This document shows, one piece after another, positions 37,201-51,019 of a stretch of DNA of 64,000 bases. The DNA comes from Tubiluchus corallicola (lineage: Eukaryota > Animalia > Priapulida). The notes beneath the pieces are model-generated. The model worked only from the letters and a program-made list of their open reading frames with translations. It searched no databases and was not told where the DNA came from. The stretch is taken from positions 486,116-550,115 of the forward strand of contig JAQGDQ010000064.1 of the NCBI GenBank assembly GCA_030141605.1. Reading direction: 5' to 3'. The position numbers and the translations under genes are program-made. The number at the start of each line of letters is the position of its first letter. The stretch's first letter is position 1.

Positions 37201-40200
37201 TGATGTGGATACCAAATAAGCATTATTCTGGTGTATACGGGTTGATGAAGCTCACTCTTCCAAAAATTCTACCAGCTTCTCTAAGTAAGGTAATGAAATT
37301 AACTAGTACTTGTCCATTGGTCTATCATTTTAAGTACTTGGAATGTGCTTGAATCAAATTTAATGTTCAAGTATTCGTCGTCATTTTCGTTTTACATTTT
37401 TTCAGCTTATAATGGGATTGGATAGGCATTGACTCTTCGCCACAGTGTTCTTTCCTGTGACATTTCCTCCTCACTTCCCTTCAAGGATCCTGCGTTTCCA
37501 CTGCACGCACTTTTTCCATGAGTTCTTTGTTTTATCCGTTGGCCTACGTCTTGCGCTTCCTCAACCCATATCACCTCCCTTTGCACATTTCCCTCTTCTG
37601 CATTCACTTCATGAGTAAGTCACCTCAATCTTCTCTGCCTCAGCATCATACTATATCTTCCCGCCACCTATTTGCTGCAAATGATAAACAAAAACTGAAT
37701 GCTACTTGTATCTCACTTACATTTAATGTGTTTTGGCTAATAATAATTACTATCAGAGATGATCAGAATTATGCTTCAAGGAGAGTGCTTTAACTTTGTT
37801 ATAGGCACCAAGCTAGCAGAATAGCGGAATAAACAACATAATTATAAAGTTGTGCCTTGCATCATGTGTTGTGTACTTTCTGTAGGTAGCTGTGCTGGAC
37901 ACAGATGTTACATTTGCCACTGACATTGCTGAACTTTGGCGACTGTTTCGCAAGTTTACTGGTAAAAAGGTACGTGAGTTAAACATGAAAAGGACATCTA
38001 GAAATGTCAATGACCAAAATATGAAAAAAGCTACGTGAAAGCAAGGACGTTAAGCATACAGTTAGTGCACAAAACATACTAGAGATTGCAAAGTAGAGCC
38101 CAAGTCATTTTTGCAATTTATTAACTGACAAGGCAACTATCCAGATGTTGTTAGGAAAAATGCACAAAACATGTCGAACAGCTGTTGTTCGTTTATTCAG
38201 CTGTTTGTGAAATTAATGTTAGGAGAATCACACACAATATGCACAGAATAGCTGACCCGAGAACTTAGATCATTTCTAAAACAATGAAAGTGTAAATGTC
38301 ATAATGTCTGTAACAATAAACACACAAATTATGGTAGACAAATTGTACATCGCTACTTCTACAACAATTATCTACGCGCAAGCTAGACAGTGATATTTGC
38401 CTACTGTACATAACTTTGTAAGTTTTATAACAGAAGTGGCCGATTTAAGCAAATTTTCATTTGAGTAACCATTCAGAATCTTGTGCTGTTCCTGTTAAAT
38501 GTAGACATTGGTGATTTCACGCTGGATGATGTATAAGAAAGTGATCGTGTTATTTTAGTTCCAGATTTTAAAATTGTAGAAGGATAATAAAAGAAGCTAA
38601 AACTGTTTTTTCTCTTCTTTTGTTTGCTTTTTTGTTCTGTATTTGATCATTATTATATTATTATTATTATCATTTTTTTTGTTAGTTATATTGGTTAGTA
38701 ATCAGTGTACGCAAAACAATTGTGCACAAGTGTGAAAAATTGCATTGCTGTTTAAGTTTATAGTTTGTGTATAAAATAATGCTTGGTTTTAGGCTATAGG
38801 ATTAGTAGAGAACCAAAGTGACTGGTACCTGGGAAAACTCTGGAAAGGACACCGGCCATGGCCAGCATTAGTACGTATTTTCATGCAGTACGGTGTAATA
38901 CATGCCTGTGGGCTTATAGCCTTGTATTCAGAACGGAAACAGTTTTTTATACCTTCTGCATTCTAAGAATAATTATTTTGTTGCTTTGTATAATGTGATT
39001 ACATGTTCCAATCTTCAGAATCCAATTGACACTTTTATATAGTGTTATTTGTCTTCTGCCTGCAATTTCACATTTAATGGCGTTTCGTGTGTATTACTGC
39101 GTAATGGGACAAAATTAGGTGATAAACTCTAAAAAATATACCCCTTAGAGCCTTCAGATCTAATGAGCTAATAAGTATTACTTCTCGATGGGTTGAGAAA
39201 CATACATCTGTACACAGTGCATTCTTAATAGGATAGGCAAGAGTGGACCAGAATAAACTGTTTTGCTATATTTGTACTTAAACAGTGATTATTTTACAAA
39301 ATAAACGCCAGAATGTCCAATTGTTGCCATCTACCTACCAGCCAGAATTAACATTGTTTAACATTGCAGAAGTGGCCTTAAGCTATATCACTAGCCTATA
39401 CTAAAAACTCTTTGGTTAGCTAATTTTGACCTTGCAGTAATATCAGAACCTAGTAAGCTCTGGTGGACAAAGAAATACCTTTTCATCTGATTTCATTTCT
39501 AGGGGCGTGGCTTCAACACAGGCGTCATATTACTTGATCTAGATAAACTACGAGGTTTAAATTGGAATCAAATGTGGAGGATGGTAGCCGAAAAAGAACT
39601 TGTGACTATGCTTGCTACATCACTAGCTGACCAGGTATTGTCAGTGCAAAATGTTTCGAAACCAGATAAAGAAAATAAATTTATGTTCATTGTCACTTAA
39701 ACCTCTTGAACTTGTAGCGATGTGTACATTGTGTAATACATTGTTATTTTGATAGAATTCTTCAAAAAGTATTATTATTTTATGCTACTTTATCATTTTT
39801 TCAAAATTGTTCAGGACAAAATTTCAATCAGGTTATAACTTTTGACAAAATCATGTTTGCTACTTTTACTTAATTGAGTGTTCTTTTGAACATGTTACCG
39901 TGTGCCTTAATTATCGAATGCCTAAAAGGGTATTTTTCATAGAATATCTTAGTCTTTAGTATTTTGTCTATATCTTCAGCTGAATAAAGGTATGTTCTTA
40001 TTTTAATGATCATTTTAGTTGCATCATGATAATTTTACTAGTCATACAAGATGAGGTAGATTTCTGTATTGTATCCACTAGTAGTTTACTTTCTTATAGT
40101 TTCAGGTGATTTTTTTGGATAACAGTATATCTAGTTTAGAAAATTGTTTGTCACAATATGATATCTTATTTCCTTGTACACTATTTTTATAGGATATCTT

Positions 40201-43200
40201 TAATGCTGTGTTGAAGGAGCACCCATATTTATTGCACAATCTTCCATGTGCTTGGAACATTCAATTAAGCGAGAACACAAGAAGCGAACTCTGCTATAGT
40301 GAGGTCACTGATTTGAAGGTAGTTTACTAATCTTAATTATTCAAGTTTAGTATAAAATAATGTAGTTAATTTTGCAAAATAATTAAATGTCCAATTTTTT
40401 TAGAGCTAATTTTGGCTCTTAAATAATTACATCTGATTTTTTTATTCATTTGTTCATTCATTTGCTCAGTCAGTCATTTATTCATTTGTACTGAGTGTTG
40501 AGAGGGCAAAAATTAAATATGACAAATGACTATGTGTATAACATACCAAAAGAAATTTATTGTTATTAATATTAAATGTTTAAGTAAGAAGGAGATGAAA
40601 ATTTTAGTAATAAACTAAAATGTGTGGGAAACTGGCAAGCAGGAAGCAAATTTATAGTTCACACTGATAGCTGTAGCCGCGATACGTTAAAAGTACCAGC
40701 TTTCGGTATCATCAAATATTAGATCCTTGTTCCAGTTGACTGCCAGTAATCATTGTTCTATCATTGTTGTAATATTACTATTTTATCGACTAGTATACTT
40801 TTCTTCACAGGTCACCTGAACTAATATGAACTTATTACATATGATAAACTGTGTATTTTGTGTACAGGTGATACACTGGAATGCACCACCTACTCAGAAG
40901 TTAAAAGTAAAAAATAAACACATGGAATTTTTTCGCAACCTTTTTCTCACATTTATTGAATACGATGGTAATCTACTGCGGCGTGAATTGTTTGGCTGCG
41001 AAAACAGCAGGCGCCAGGAATACCAGTCTCAGGTTGTCTATCCTTATTGATTATATTAATAATGTCTCAATGATCATCGTCATCAGTGCTCAATATTTTC
41101 TTTTTTTAGATAATTATTTAGTAGCTTTTAGTAGACTACTGAAAAAGCTAATATAACTGCAATTCTCGGTAGTGAGCATCTTGCTGATAAGATTACTAAG
41201 TAGTTTTTTTTTCTTTTTAGTTGGGCTTCATATCTTTAAATCCATAACCTGTGAAAGTTTATCAGTTGTTACTTGCTAGCTGTTGCGTGTAAGTCGTTAT
41301 TTTCTTTTTCACGTACAGTTGAATGCCATCGATGAGGAGGACCCGTGTTATGATTTCCGACGTGCAAAAGTTGTAGTTCATCGAACACACCTTTATTTCT
41401 TAGACTATGATTATGAACCAGTAAGTGATGCTTCCGTGCACATGTACACTTTATGTGAACTGCTACAGTTTTCTGACACCTACCTAATGACAACAACATT
41501 ATTTGAAGTTAAGATTACCACATTAATTATTAAAAGTTCCTACTTTTAGGCTTCAGTTAGCCTAAAGCCATTTTTTCCTTTTTGTATTGAAAAATTTAAT
41601 AATACATACATACAGGATTTCTATCAACTTTTGTTTTTCATTGCTGCATAAAAGTAGTAGCTAGCAAGATCAAAAGTGAACGTCTTGCTGTATTGCAATT
41701 ACCTCTAGATTACTTCTAGAATAACTTTGTATGTATTATGTGTCACGTGTCACAATTACCTTTAGTATATTGTTCCTATTATAAACCTAGTAATAAAAGT
41801 TGTGTCCTACATTAAGCCTCTACATTCAGCATATAAGATACAGGTTGTTTTTAGCATGATTTTTATTGTAAAAAATTGCGTCTTGTGTGGCGAAAAGTAC
41901 CATAATTTTTGTATGTCCAATGTTTGTGTGACTTCCTGGTTAATGCTAAATTACTTTATTTTTTGATTTTATGTTTGATTTCAATTTTATATGCAAATTC
42001 TGTATTCCTAAAGGTTTCTGTTTCTATTCCAAATTCTTTTTCTTTGCATCTTAGTGTCTTCTCTCGTTTACAACCTCTGTAAGTTGCTAATTACTAAGCA
42101 AGGCACCATAATCTTTGTAAATGCAAGGTTCTCTAGTTCTTTGGAAAATTACTTAATGAGTTATGCAGTATTACCATTTTTATTATTTTAAACCTTTCTT
42201 TCAGACACCAGATGGTACTGATGTGACACTTGTAGCTCATTTATCAATGGATAGGCTACAAGTGGTTGAAGAAATCACTAAACATTGGGAAGGTTTGTTT
42301 TTCTAGGTTCTTGGCTTATTATTTTTTCTGAACTTGAAGAAAAATGTACTGTGTTGTGTAACTTGTTTTGCAACTTGTAAAACTCGAATTGTCTCATTAT
42401 TTCTTCTTATCATAGTCTTTGCTGCATTTATCATCGCTGTACTTTTTATGATATCTGTAATTACAATTGAAATTTTTCAAAATAGTGTCTTGTTATTTAA
42501 AGGTCCAGTTAGTCTTGCTTTGTACTTGTCTGATCCGGAGTCGCAGCAGTTCTACCGCTATATCCTAAACTCGGACAACTTACTTAGTCGTAAGAATGTT
42601 GCTTACCATATTGTGTACAAGGATGAGGTAAATAACTTACTTTTGCTTGGATCAGTTACTTGTTGTTTTACATTCAAATTTTAAATTGGTAAATAAATAG
42701 TTATGTAGCCTCAAAGGTCTGTTAAGTTTGAGTGGAATGTCCAACTATAGAGCATGCCATAAAAAGGGACCAAAGTCAGAAATTTAACTGAATATTAATT
42801 GTTATTAGTCAGATGACAGCTATCAAATTGTGCAATATTTTTTGGCCTCTGTTCATTACCATCAAAATTCGTAAATATTAAACTTAATACAGTAAGTAAT
42901 GATGCTAAAAAGTGAATCGTCGTGAAATGAAGCCATGCCTTCCATAGGAAATAGTATCAGCGTATGAAGATGCCTTCCAGCCTTCTGATGCAACATTGCC
43001 TGTCTGCTGTAAAGCAATTGTTATATGAGTTTTATTTCTTACATTTATTCAATTTATACTTATTAACACTATAAAGTCACTATTTATTTCTTATGTTTTC
43101 TGGTAACAATGCAGTTTGCATAAATTTATAGGAATAGTGGATTTGTAGGCTTAATTTTTTCTATCGATATTCAAATTTTAATTAAAGGTTTTATTGCTTA

Positions 43201-46200
43201 GTATGAGTTCTGTTTCATCAATGTTTTGAACAAACTTTTTTTTATGCATAATGTGAAAACTGTTTGTATTTTCTCATGTTACTTGCAGTTAAGATGTATG
43301 TTTGTTTTAATTTGACAAGTTTGATTATGCAAGGATTTTGTTCTCTAACTGGCATTGTACAATTTACAAAGGTTAAAAAAATTAAACATGAAATCAGAAA
43401 AAATAGACTGATTTGGTTAATCTAGATAGCTGAATCCAAGTAAAGTTTTAGTATTGCTTCATGCTTATTCTTCTCTTTGAAGCTTTCCTTGTGTTAGTAA
43501 GGTATCACACTTTTATTTCCAGCAATTTTATCCTGTCAATTATCTTCGAAATACCGCTTTGAGGAACGTTGTTACACCATACGTGTTTCTGGTTGACATT
43601 GATTTTCTACCTATGTTTGGCTTGTATGAAAATCTACGAAGAAACATTGAACTTCTGGACATGGATAACACAAAAAAGGTTTGGTGATTTATTTTGCTTG
43701 TACACCTAATGAAGTTTTATCGTGTCACGTGAATAAACTTGCAGTGAGAGAGCAGCTGCAGTCACTGCAAGGTTGCAATTACACTTACAGAAAGAAGAGC
43801 TGCAGTGTCTCGCTGCCAGAACAATGCATTGAGGGAGCTGCATTCATTCCTAGGTGTAAAATCATTTGCCCAGATTACGTCAGTGTGAGCTGGTAGTACA
43901 CTGACATTGGGGGTGCTCTATTTATTTCTAGCTATAGGCACACTGGCAGTGAAAGAAACTACAGTCACTCCGAAGTGTTGTGCATATGTTTGTAATTAAT
44001 AATTTCTGCATGCAAAAAAGTATGTGTGCAATTATTTTCCTAAACCTACATATGTTTTGTATTTCTGGCATTCTGTATAGACCTATTAAAAATCTTAGCA
44101 AAATTTTCACTGCTAGAAACACTGTTAGAGTAAAAAAAGCAAAACTAAAATTGCAAATCAATGGTTCAGTTTAGTGTACTTAACTTGTGATTTGTGACAG
44201 AGACTTGCTAAAGTATTACATGTGTTTTATTTTAAATAGGCTCTTATAGTGCCTGCATTTGAGACTCAAGATTATCGTCTGAACTATCCCAAATCCAAAG
44301 CTGAAGTATTGTCTATGTTAGACAATGGTGAACTTTTCACCTTCAGGTAAATTAAGTTTATTTATGGTGAACTTTTCACCTTCACTTAAATTAAGTTTAT
44401 CTAAATATAAGTATATTATTTTTTGCATTATAAGTAGTAGAAAGATTATTACTACATGAACTAAACAGCAGAAAACCCTATGGCTGGAGAGTAACTGTGA
44501 ATGTCCATAAGGCAGCGATTAAGCTTTGTATTTAGTCACATATTCTAAGTCTCTATTTCGTTCGGATCATTTTGATGCTTAGCTCGTTACTCAGAATTAT
44601 TCTAAGCCGAGATGTTCTACTTCAGAGTTGAGGTGCACGCTGCATGCAACTGTACAAAAGGGTGGCTGCCGTTGACTTTCTGAAAGCACTTGAACATACA
44701 TATGAATTCATTTGATGGCACTTTCCAGATAAGAATCTGAGTTTGGCAACAGAAAAACTGTAACAAAATGTCTGCTTCCACGAGCTACTATAGGGATTTG
44801 GAAACAATGAGTTTTTCGCAAATTTTAGATGTATTTAGCATTAGTTTTTATAAAAAAATTGATGTTCGGCTCAATTTTTGGTGTATTTTGCTTGAAACAT
44901 TATAACTTTGGTTTTAATAAACTTTGTCGATTTATAGACTGTTTTGGTTTGTAAGCACACACTTGCTAAACTTGCGAGATATAAATTTTAGCTTTTATCC
45001 TGCCCAATGAGGAAAATCATATCTAATAAAATTTATCTAAAATGTAAGTGTTCCAAAAAACTAATGTGCTGCATTCGTGATGTCCCACCACTCACTACTC
45101 CTACCTATATACAAAGTAAATGGTAAAAACCTCAGTTTTTCTTAATTTAGCATCTATTTAAATGTTGATAGGTAAAAGTGTGTAAAAAATGATTTCCATT
45201 TTTCTATTACATGTTGTAAATGCTGGGTTTATTTGTGCTTCAATTTCAAGACTGCAAACTTTTTTTGGCACCACAAATGAAAAAGAGGACTTGACATAAA
45301 GAGTGTTTCACCTGATCAGCTTTATTAATTGTTATAACGGCTAGCAGCTTGTAAAGGAATTTGGAAAAAAAATTTCTGTCTTAGTATCTGATGTAACTCT
45401 TGGTAAAGCTTATTAGATGGAATGGACAGTTAAACTAAAACTTTTTCCGTCTATTTAGCATCTGATGACATAAAATTTTTGATTGCTTACTGTTGTTCAT
45501 GGAATACGTTTTTGGTTACTTGCTCAATCAGTGACTTAAAGTTTTCGACGAAAACATGGCACATTACTAAAATTTGTACATTTAAATGCGAGCAGATTTA
45601 CTCGAAAAACAACTGCATTTTGGACTAGTTCGGTTGAATTTTTGTAATATTATAACCAGATGGAATTGTTTTTGTTGGCTGAAGTTTACAATTACCCACC
45701 CATAATAAATTGGTTCATGAAGTGGATTAGGACTAGAATCAGAGCTAGGGTTGGGATTAAGGTTAGGGTTGTCGTTAGGTTAGGGTTAGGGTATTTAAAT
45801 TGTGTAGGGAATTGTAAACTTCTTCATTTCTGTTATTTGTACTATTTTTTGTAATGAGATACAGTAGTTATTACAAAGAAATAATTTTTAAATATATGTT
45901 ATAAAGTTAACTCAACCAGTTAGTGATATTTGAAAGCAGGCAAGATTTTTTGCATAGAAACTTTTACAATTATTATTTGCATGAAAAATTTAAAGTCAGT
46001 GTTTTATCCATAACCGAATGATTGAAATGTAAGCATAAAATATTTCTTGCATATAAATGTGATAATACTAGAACTGTTGGGGACCTAATCGAAATTCTGC
46101 TGTTTTCTATGCTATCCCATTTTAGTATAATTTTTGTTATTAATTAAAGTGTATGTTTAAGTAATGAAAGAAGAATTTGATTTTTGCTGACTAGGTATCG

Positions 46201-47147
46201 AGTGTGGACAAAAGGTCACGCAGCAACAAACTTTGCAAAATGGCGCACAACTACAACCCCTTATAGCGTAGATTGGGAAGCCGACTTTGAGCCATACGTC
46301 GTGGTAAAACGAGATGTCCCTGAATATGATACTCGCTTTGTGGGTTTTGGCTGGAACAAAGTGTCTCACATTATTGAGCTGGATGCTCAAGGGTAAGTTC
46401 TTGCTCTACACTAGCTTCCAATAAATAATTAATAATTTCTGTAGATGGCACCACAAGTATCACAAACTCATTGTAAGAACCGGTGGGACTTGATCTTAAC
46501 AATGACGAGCATGTGTAATTGAACCCTGTGATGTTAAATGTTAGTTTTTGATTGACGAATCTATGGTTTTTTTGTTAATCTCATCATTATAATTATACCA
46601 GGCAGTAATAATATTGGGCCTGTTAGATTGACACTTTTGCATAATTCTTCTTTGTCAAGATTAAATTCCTGAATTAAAATTTTCTGGTTTGCTTATGTTT
46701 GCTCTTATGATTGCTGTGTGCAATATGCATAAGAGTGACCTGAATTACTGAATTGTATAAACATCACAATTTATGCGAGTTCTTTTGTTTACTATGGGAG
46801 TGCTTTTTAAATAAACTCGCATCTTATAGCAAATTCAGTAAAAGCAAGCTCATAAAAACACTTGCATCTCTGTAACAGCCAACAGTACCCAAACATATAA
46901 TGTCATGAGACGTAACTTATGTACCATGTTGAATGTTTTCATTTAATATTATTGTTTTTATAGATATGAGTTTGTGGTCCTACCAAATGCATTTATTATT
47001 CATATGCCTCATGCACCAAGCTTTGATATTGCTAAATTTCGCTCATCATCGCAGTACCGAAAATGTTTGATGGTCCTGAAGAAGGAATTTGGAAAGGACA
47101 TGGTAAAGAAATATGGCAACCGCGCCACACGATATCTGTCATCGTGA
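33716..47147 (+). CDS. LARGE1: LARGE xylosyl- and glucuronyltransferase (matriglycan synthase, ~709 aa, 16 coding exons)
   Basis: Exons 33716-33812, 35173-35357, 36440-36611, 37159-37289, 37886-37969, 38793-38870, 39503-39634, 40193-40318, 40868-41032, 41319-41420, 42205-42292, 42503-42627, 43523-43678, 44240-44346, 46195-46392, 46964-47147, all phase-consistent. Type II membrane anchor and coiled coil. GT8 domain ([59 protein letters not shown]). GT49 domain ([30 protein letters not shown]). Confidence 0.95.
34583..34878. mobile_element. Fold-back element with long inverted arms and two divergent tRNA-like cores
   Basis: CCTACAGTTAACTAATTTTGATACCAAACTTGAAAAACTGGAAAT is matched in reverse complement at 34818-34864. 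The interior has Pol III A/B-box-like motifs on both strands. Confidence 0.55.
35435..35992. mobile_element. PIF/Harbinger (Tourist-like) MITE in a LARGE intron
   Basis: TAA-GGCCCGTGCCACACAG ... CTGTGTGACACAGGCC-TAA: 16-bp TIR (14/16 match) and 3-bp TAA TSD; internal CATAAG/CTTATG motifs. Confidence 0.75.
37407..37680 (-). mobile_element. RTE-type LINE 3' fragment
   Basis: Purine-rich minus strand with remnants of the RLRW..H, G.RKR and ERTLWRR motifs typical of RTE ORF ends; frameshifted. Confidence 0.45.
44325..44400 (+). repeat. 37-bp tandem duplication of a LARGE exon end and donor site
   Basis: ATGGTGAACTTTTCACCTTCAGGTAAATTAAGTTTAT (44325-44361) versus ATGGTGAACTTTTCACCTTCACTTAAATTAAGTTTAT (44364-44400). 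Confidence 0.9.
45745..45792 (+). repeat. Degenerate interstitial (TTAGGG)n-like tract
   Basis: CTAGGGTTGGGATTAAGGTTAGGGTTGTCGTTAGGTTAGGGTTAGGGT. Confidence 0.7.
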
Positions 47148-50100
47148 GTCAAATGAAGTGCACATTTGTGATAAGATCAAACTTTCAATAATTACTATAC
47201 GCGTGTAAGGATAAATTGCATCGTTCGATTTTTTTCTTTTCACGAATGTAGCGCTTGTCAAGAAATTAGTCGCAGGCTATGCTGTATTTTTAACCAATTA
47301 GCCAATGTCCTTACGAAACGAGTGTCTTCCGTCGCGATATGCCATATTTGTAAATGACAGCTATCTGCACATTAAAACAATGTATTTCCATCAGAATTTG
47401 CCACATTTGCAAATGGGATGTTCTCTATCTACATTAAAGCAAGGTTTTTCTTTGTCTCAACATGATATACCTGTCAATAGGATGTAAACGATTGCACATA
47501 AAACAAGTCTTTTCATCAGGACGCCTTTTTTGTAAATGGGCTGTCCTTTGTTCGCACATTAAAGGAAATGCTTCCACATCAGGGAGTGCTATATTTGTAT
47601 GTTAACTGTCCACACATTAAAGATTTTCCAGTCCTGTTTTATGACTGCGTGTAACAGTCAATATAAAAACACACTGATTGTTACACAGTCATGAAACCTA
47701 ATTGGAAGATCTTTATTTAATGTCGTACCACATAGGTAGAACTGAGAATCACATTTCATTCTAGTTGAATCGGGTACTATGAATTATGTCAGGGACACAT
47801 TTATATGGTGGACAACATATTATAATATGAGTAATATAATGTTTGCTCAGTGGATATCTTTTGCTGAGATTCTACTAGAAAATTTTTGGCATTAGTAAAT
47901 ACAGCAGTTGTTCGACGAATAGTATACCTCTTTTAAATTTTGTTGCCTACAAAGATAATTGGTTTCTGTTTTTAATTTTATCAGCTGTTTATCTTTTACT
48001 TTGCTGTCTGTGTTATTTAACAGCTTCTAATCTGACAAGTTCATGTACTGCATAAACTGAGCAGCCGAAACAAAAAGTTCTTTTCCTCTTTTTTGCTTTT
48101 CTTCTTTGCGCGTATTTGCAAATTCCGTACCAGAGTTACTTCATTTTTCTTGGCAGCTTAATTTCATGACCACTCACATTACGACGACTTTTGGACCATT
48201 TCTGTTATAACTGACCTGTGATAAGCTAAGCGTTAAATCATACGTTTCTGATTTTGATAAACGCTTGAGACAAGCTTTGTTGTGTTAATTGTTTAGTTTT
48301 GCTAAGTGTCCAGCCTACATCATCTAAAAAATGAGAAAAGCCTATAAAATGTCTTGTGATTCACGAGTAATAAGATTAATGCTTAGCGAAAAATGTGCCA
48401 TGTTGTGATTTATTGAGATTTGATAGCAATACATTGAGATTACATCATGTACTGCCTTTCAAGTGTTTTAAAATGACTTCAAGTGTTTGGATGTACAAGT
48501 AACTATTTTACTTTTTTATCAAGAAACCATTTTAGTCTAATTCGTATAAATAATTTTGTTGCACAGTTGTTAATTGCCTCTGGCAGCTCTTACATCAAAT
48601 TACAAGATAGATGTACAGAATTTTTTGTTAAACACGTTTGGTGGCTCATTAAGATGACTTGTGAGACTTGCATTAAGTATAAATCTTTCCCGCAAATTTT
48701 GTAATTTTAAATTAATGCTTTTTTTTATTCTCACTTTGTTTATTATATACCCTGCAGTATTAATGTATGTATCATAATGTGTATTGTATTTGTGTAGTGA
48801 CCTCATTAGTTAGAAAAGTATTTATACTTGGAAATTAGCTAAGTGTTTGTCATGGTCTTATTTATTATGTGTGATTATAATAAGTTTTCTTTTCAGTTCT
48901 GTAAAATAGATTTTATGGGTCAACTCAAATGTAAATAGTTGTGAATGTTCATGTTTACACTGTTTGTCTATAGGAAAGATACAAGACACTGTTCTATGTA
49001 TTAATGATCGATGTTACTGAACTGTAAAAATGAGGATGTAAAAAAAGTTAATGATATTGTATTTAACTGGTCTTTATTATAGGTATCTTGCAAGCTGTTT
49101 GTATGACTGTGTGGTATACCCGAATGTCATGCCAGTCAGCTAATTTTTTTGCTAATCATATGCAGGCAGGAAATGAATATTTTCTTTAATCAGTTCATTC
49201 TTATACTTGCACAGGATTTTCCTTTCTGTGGCCTAGTAGTTGTTTTTTCTGCATCCAACTAGATTAAGTGATACATTAAAACAACAACAACAGTAATATT
49301 ATTGAAGTCAGGAAAGCAAAATTTGTGTATTTGTGGTTGCAAAAAGTAAACAGTAAATTATTCGTGACTCGTATCACCAGGGACCAAACAAACAATGCAA
49401 GTTAGGCAATATATAGAATTTAGCGAAGCCCATGCTTTAGATGTCAAGTAGATGCGTTCATTGGTTCGTTAATGTAGTGTGTGTGAACTATTTACAGAAG
49501 ACAGGCATGAGTAGACTTGAGATAATGAGATATATGACTTGTGCCAGCTTATACTTAGTTATGTCATCAGACGTCAGCTTTTTACTTCGTTTTTTCTTGT
49601 TGGAAATCTAAGCAGTGGTGCTCATTAGAAAAGAATTTGCCTAATGTTTGTGATGCCACATGAGTGATAAAACTTTAACTAACAAGAAATGTCAGGAAAC
49701 AAACCAAATATATATTTACATTTCAAGCTCATGAGTGATTCAAGCATTCAAGCACTCAATTAGTTATCTAATCAATCATTCAAGAAGCAAGTAGTTTAAG
49801 TGAATGACAAATTTCCATCAAGTAATAGATAAATTACTCTAGCCAGTGACTGATTTACTTACATGTGTATCCGTGTGCTTAAGAATTGCTTTAAGGATGC
49901 TTAACAACAAACTATGAATATATATATATATAAATAATAAAGCCTAATTCTTATTTCTATACAAGTATTACACACATTAAGATACATTAACTTCACTTAA
50001 TTAGTACTACTACTGTAACAGGTGCTTGTAATTCACTTGCTAAAATGACATAAATATATAATGTAACTATCATGTAAATGGGTAGTAATTGTAATGGTTG

Positions 50101-51019
50101 TACAGACAGGTCTACAAGAATTATTATAATTATAAAGCACAAATCATTATTTATACTTTATCATGAAAATATGTTTATTTTTTGGCAAAACACATTACAA
50201 CTTCTGCTTTACAATGTATGTATTGTTACTGAAACATGTTGTAAGTGTAACTTTGTGGTTTGGCATTAAGGTGAACACAGATAACTTGATAATTTATTCA
50301 GTGCCAATTTGAAATGTTTTTAAATGGAAAACTTGTTAAATTTATACATGTATTTACTTGTTTTGATTAAAATTAATGATACAACATTAAAACTAGTTTA
50401 GGCAAAACTGCAAAAATAACTTTGAAGTAGTTCCACACTATGAATGCAGAAGAAAGTTGTAACAAACTTGTATTGTATATAAATATTAATAAAAAATTTC
50501 ATTTATGTTATATATACATTTAAACTTACAAATGGAATTTAATAATTGTGCAATTTTTATGTACTGGATGGTTTTATAATGTTTTACAATCATATATTAC
50601 AACCGAATTCATGGACAATTAATAAAAACTAGGAAAATTAAAATATTTTGTCACAAATTTATCCTAGCAACACAAAATGTTCATATACTACGTGAAACTT
50701 TTTTTAATAAAACTTTCTGCCTTTCTGTCAGCAGGGCACACTAGATATTAAAGGTTGTAAGTGGACAGAAACTTCTCTCATTATCAAGGGAAGAATAATT
50801 GCAGCAGGCCATTGTATAGGCAGACTTTGGTCTGTTTTTTTTTTCCAAATTGTTTAATCTGTCCAGGTGTCTACTTGTTTCTTAACTCTGATTTATTGCA
50901 ATCAAGTAAAACTGATACACACAAATTACTTATAATGAAAAATTTTAAATCAGTTGCAAGTTTCCAAACTCCTCATCCCTAGTTGTTATTATTAACCTGT
51001 TGATTCAACAAGCAAAATC

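Noticed and set aside
45745-45792. Chromosome end or telomere fusion site
   Set aside because: Short, degenerate and inside a LARGE intron; more likely part of an interspersed repeat.
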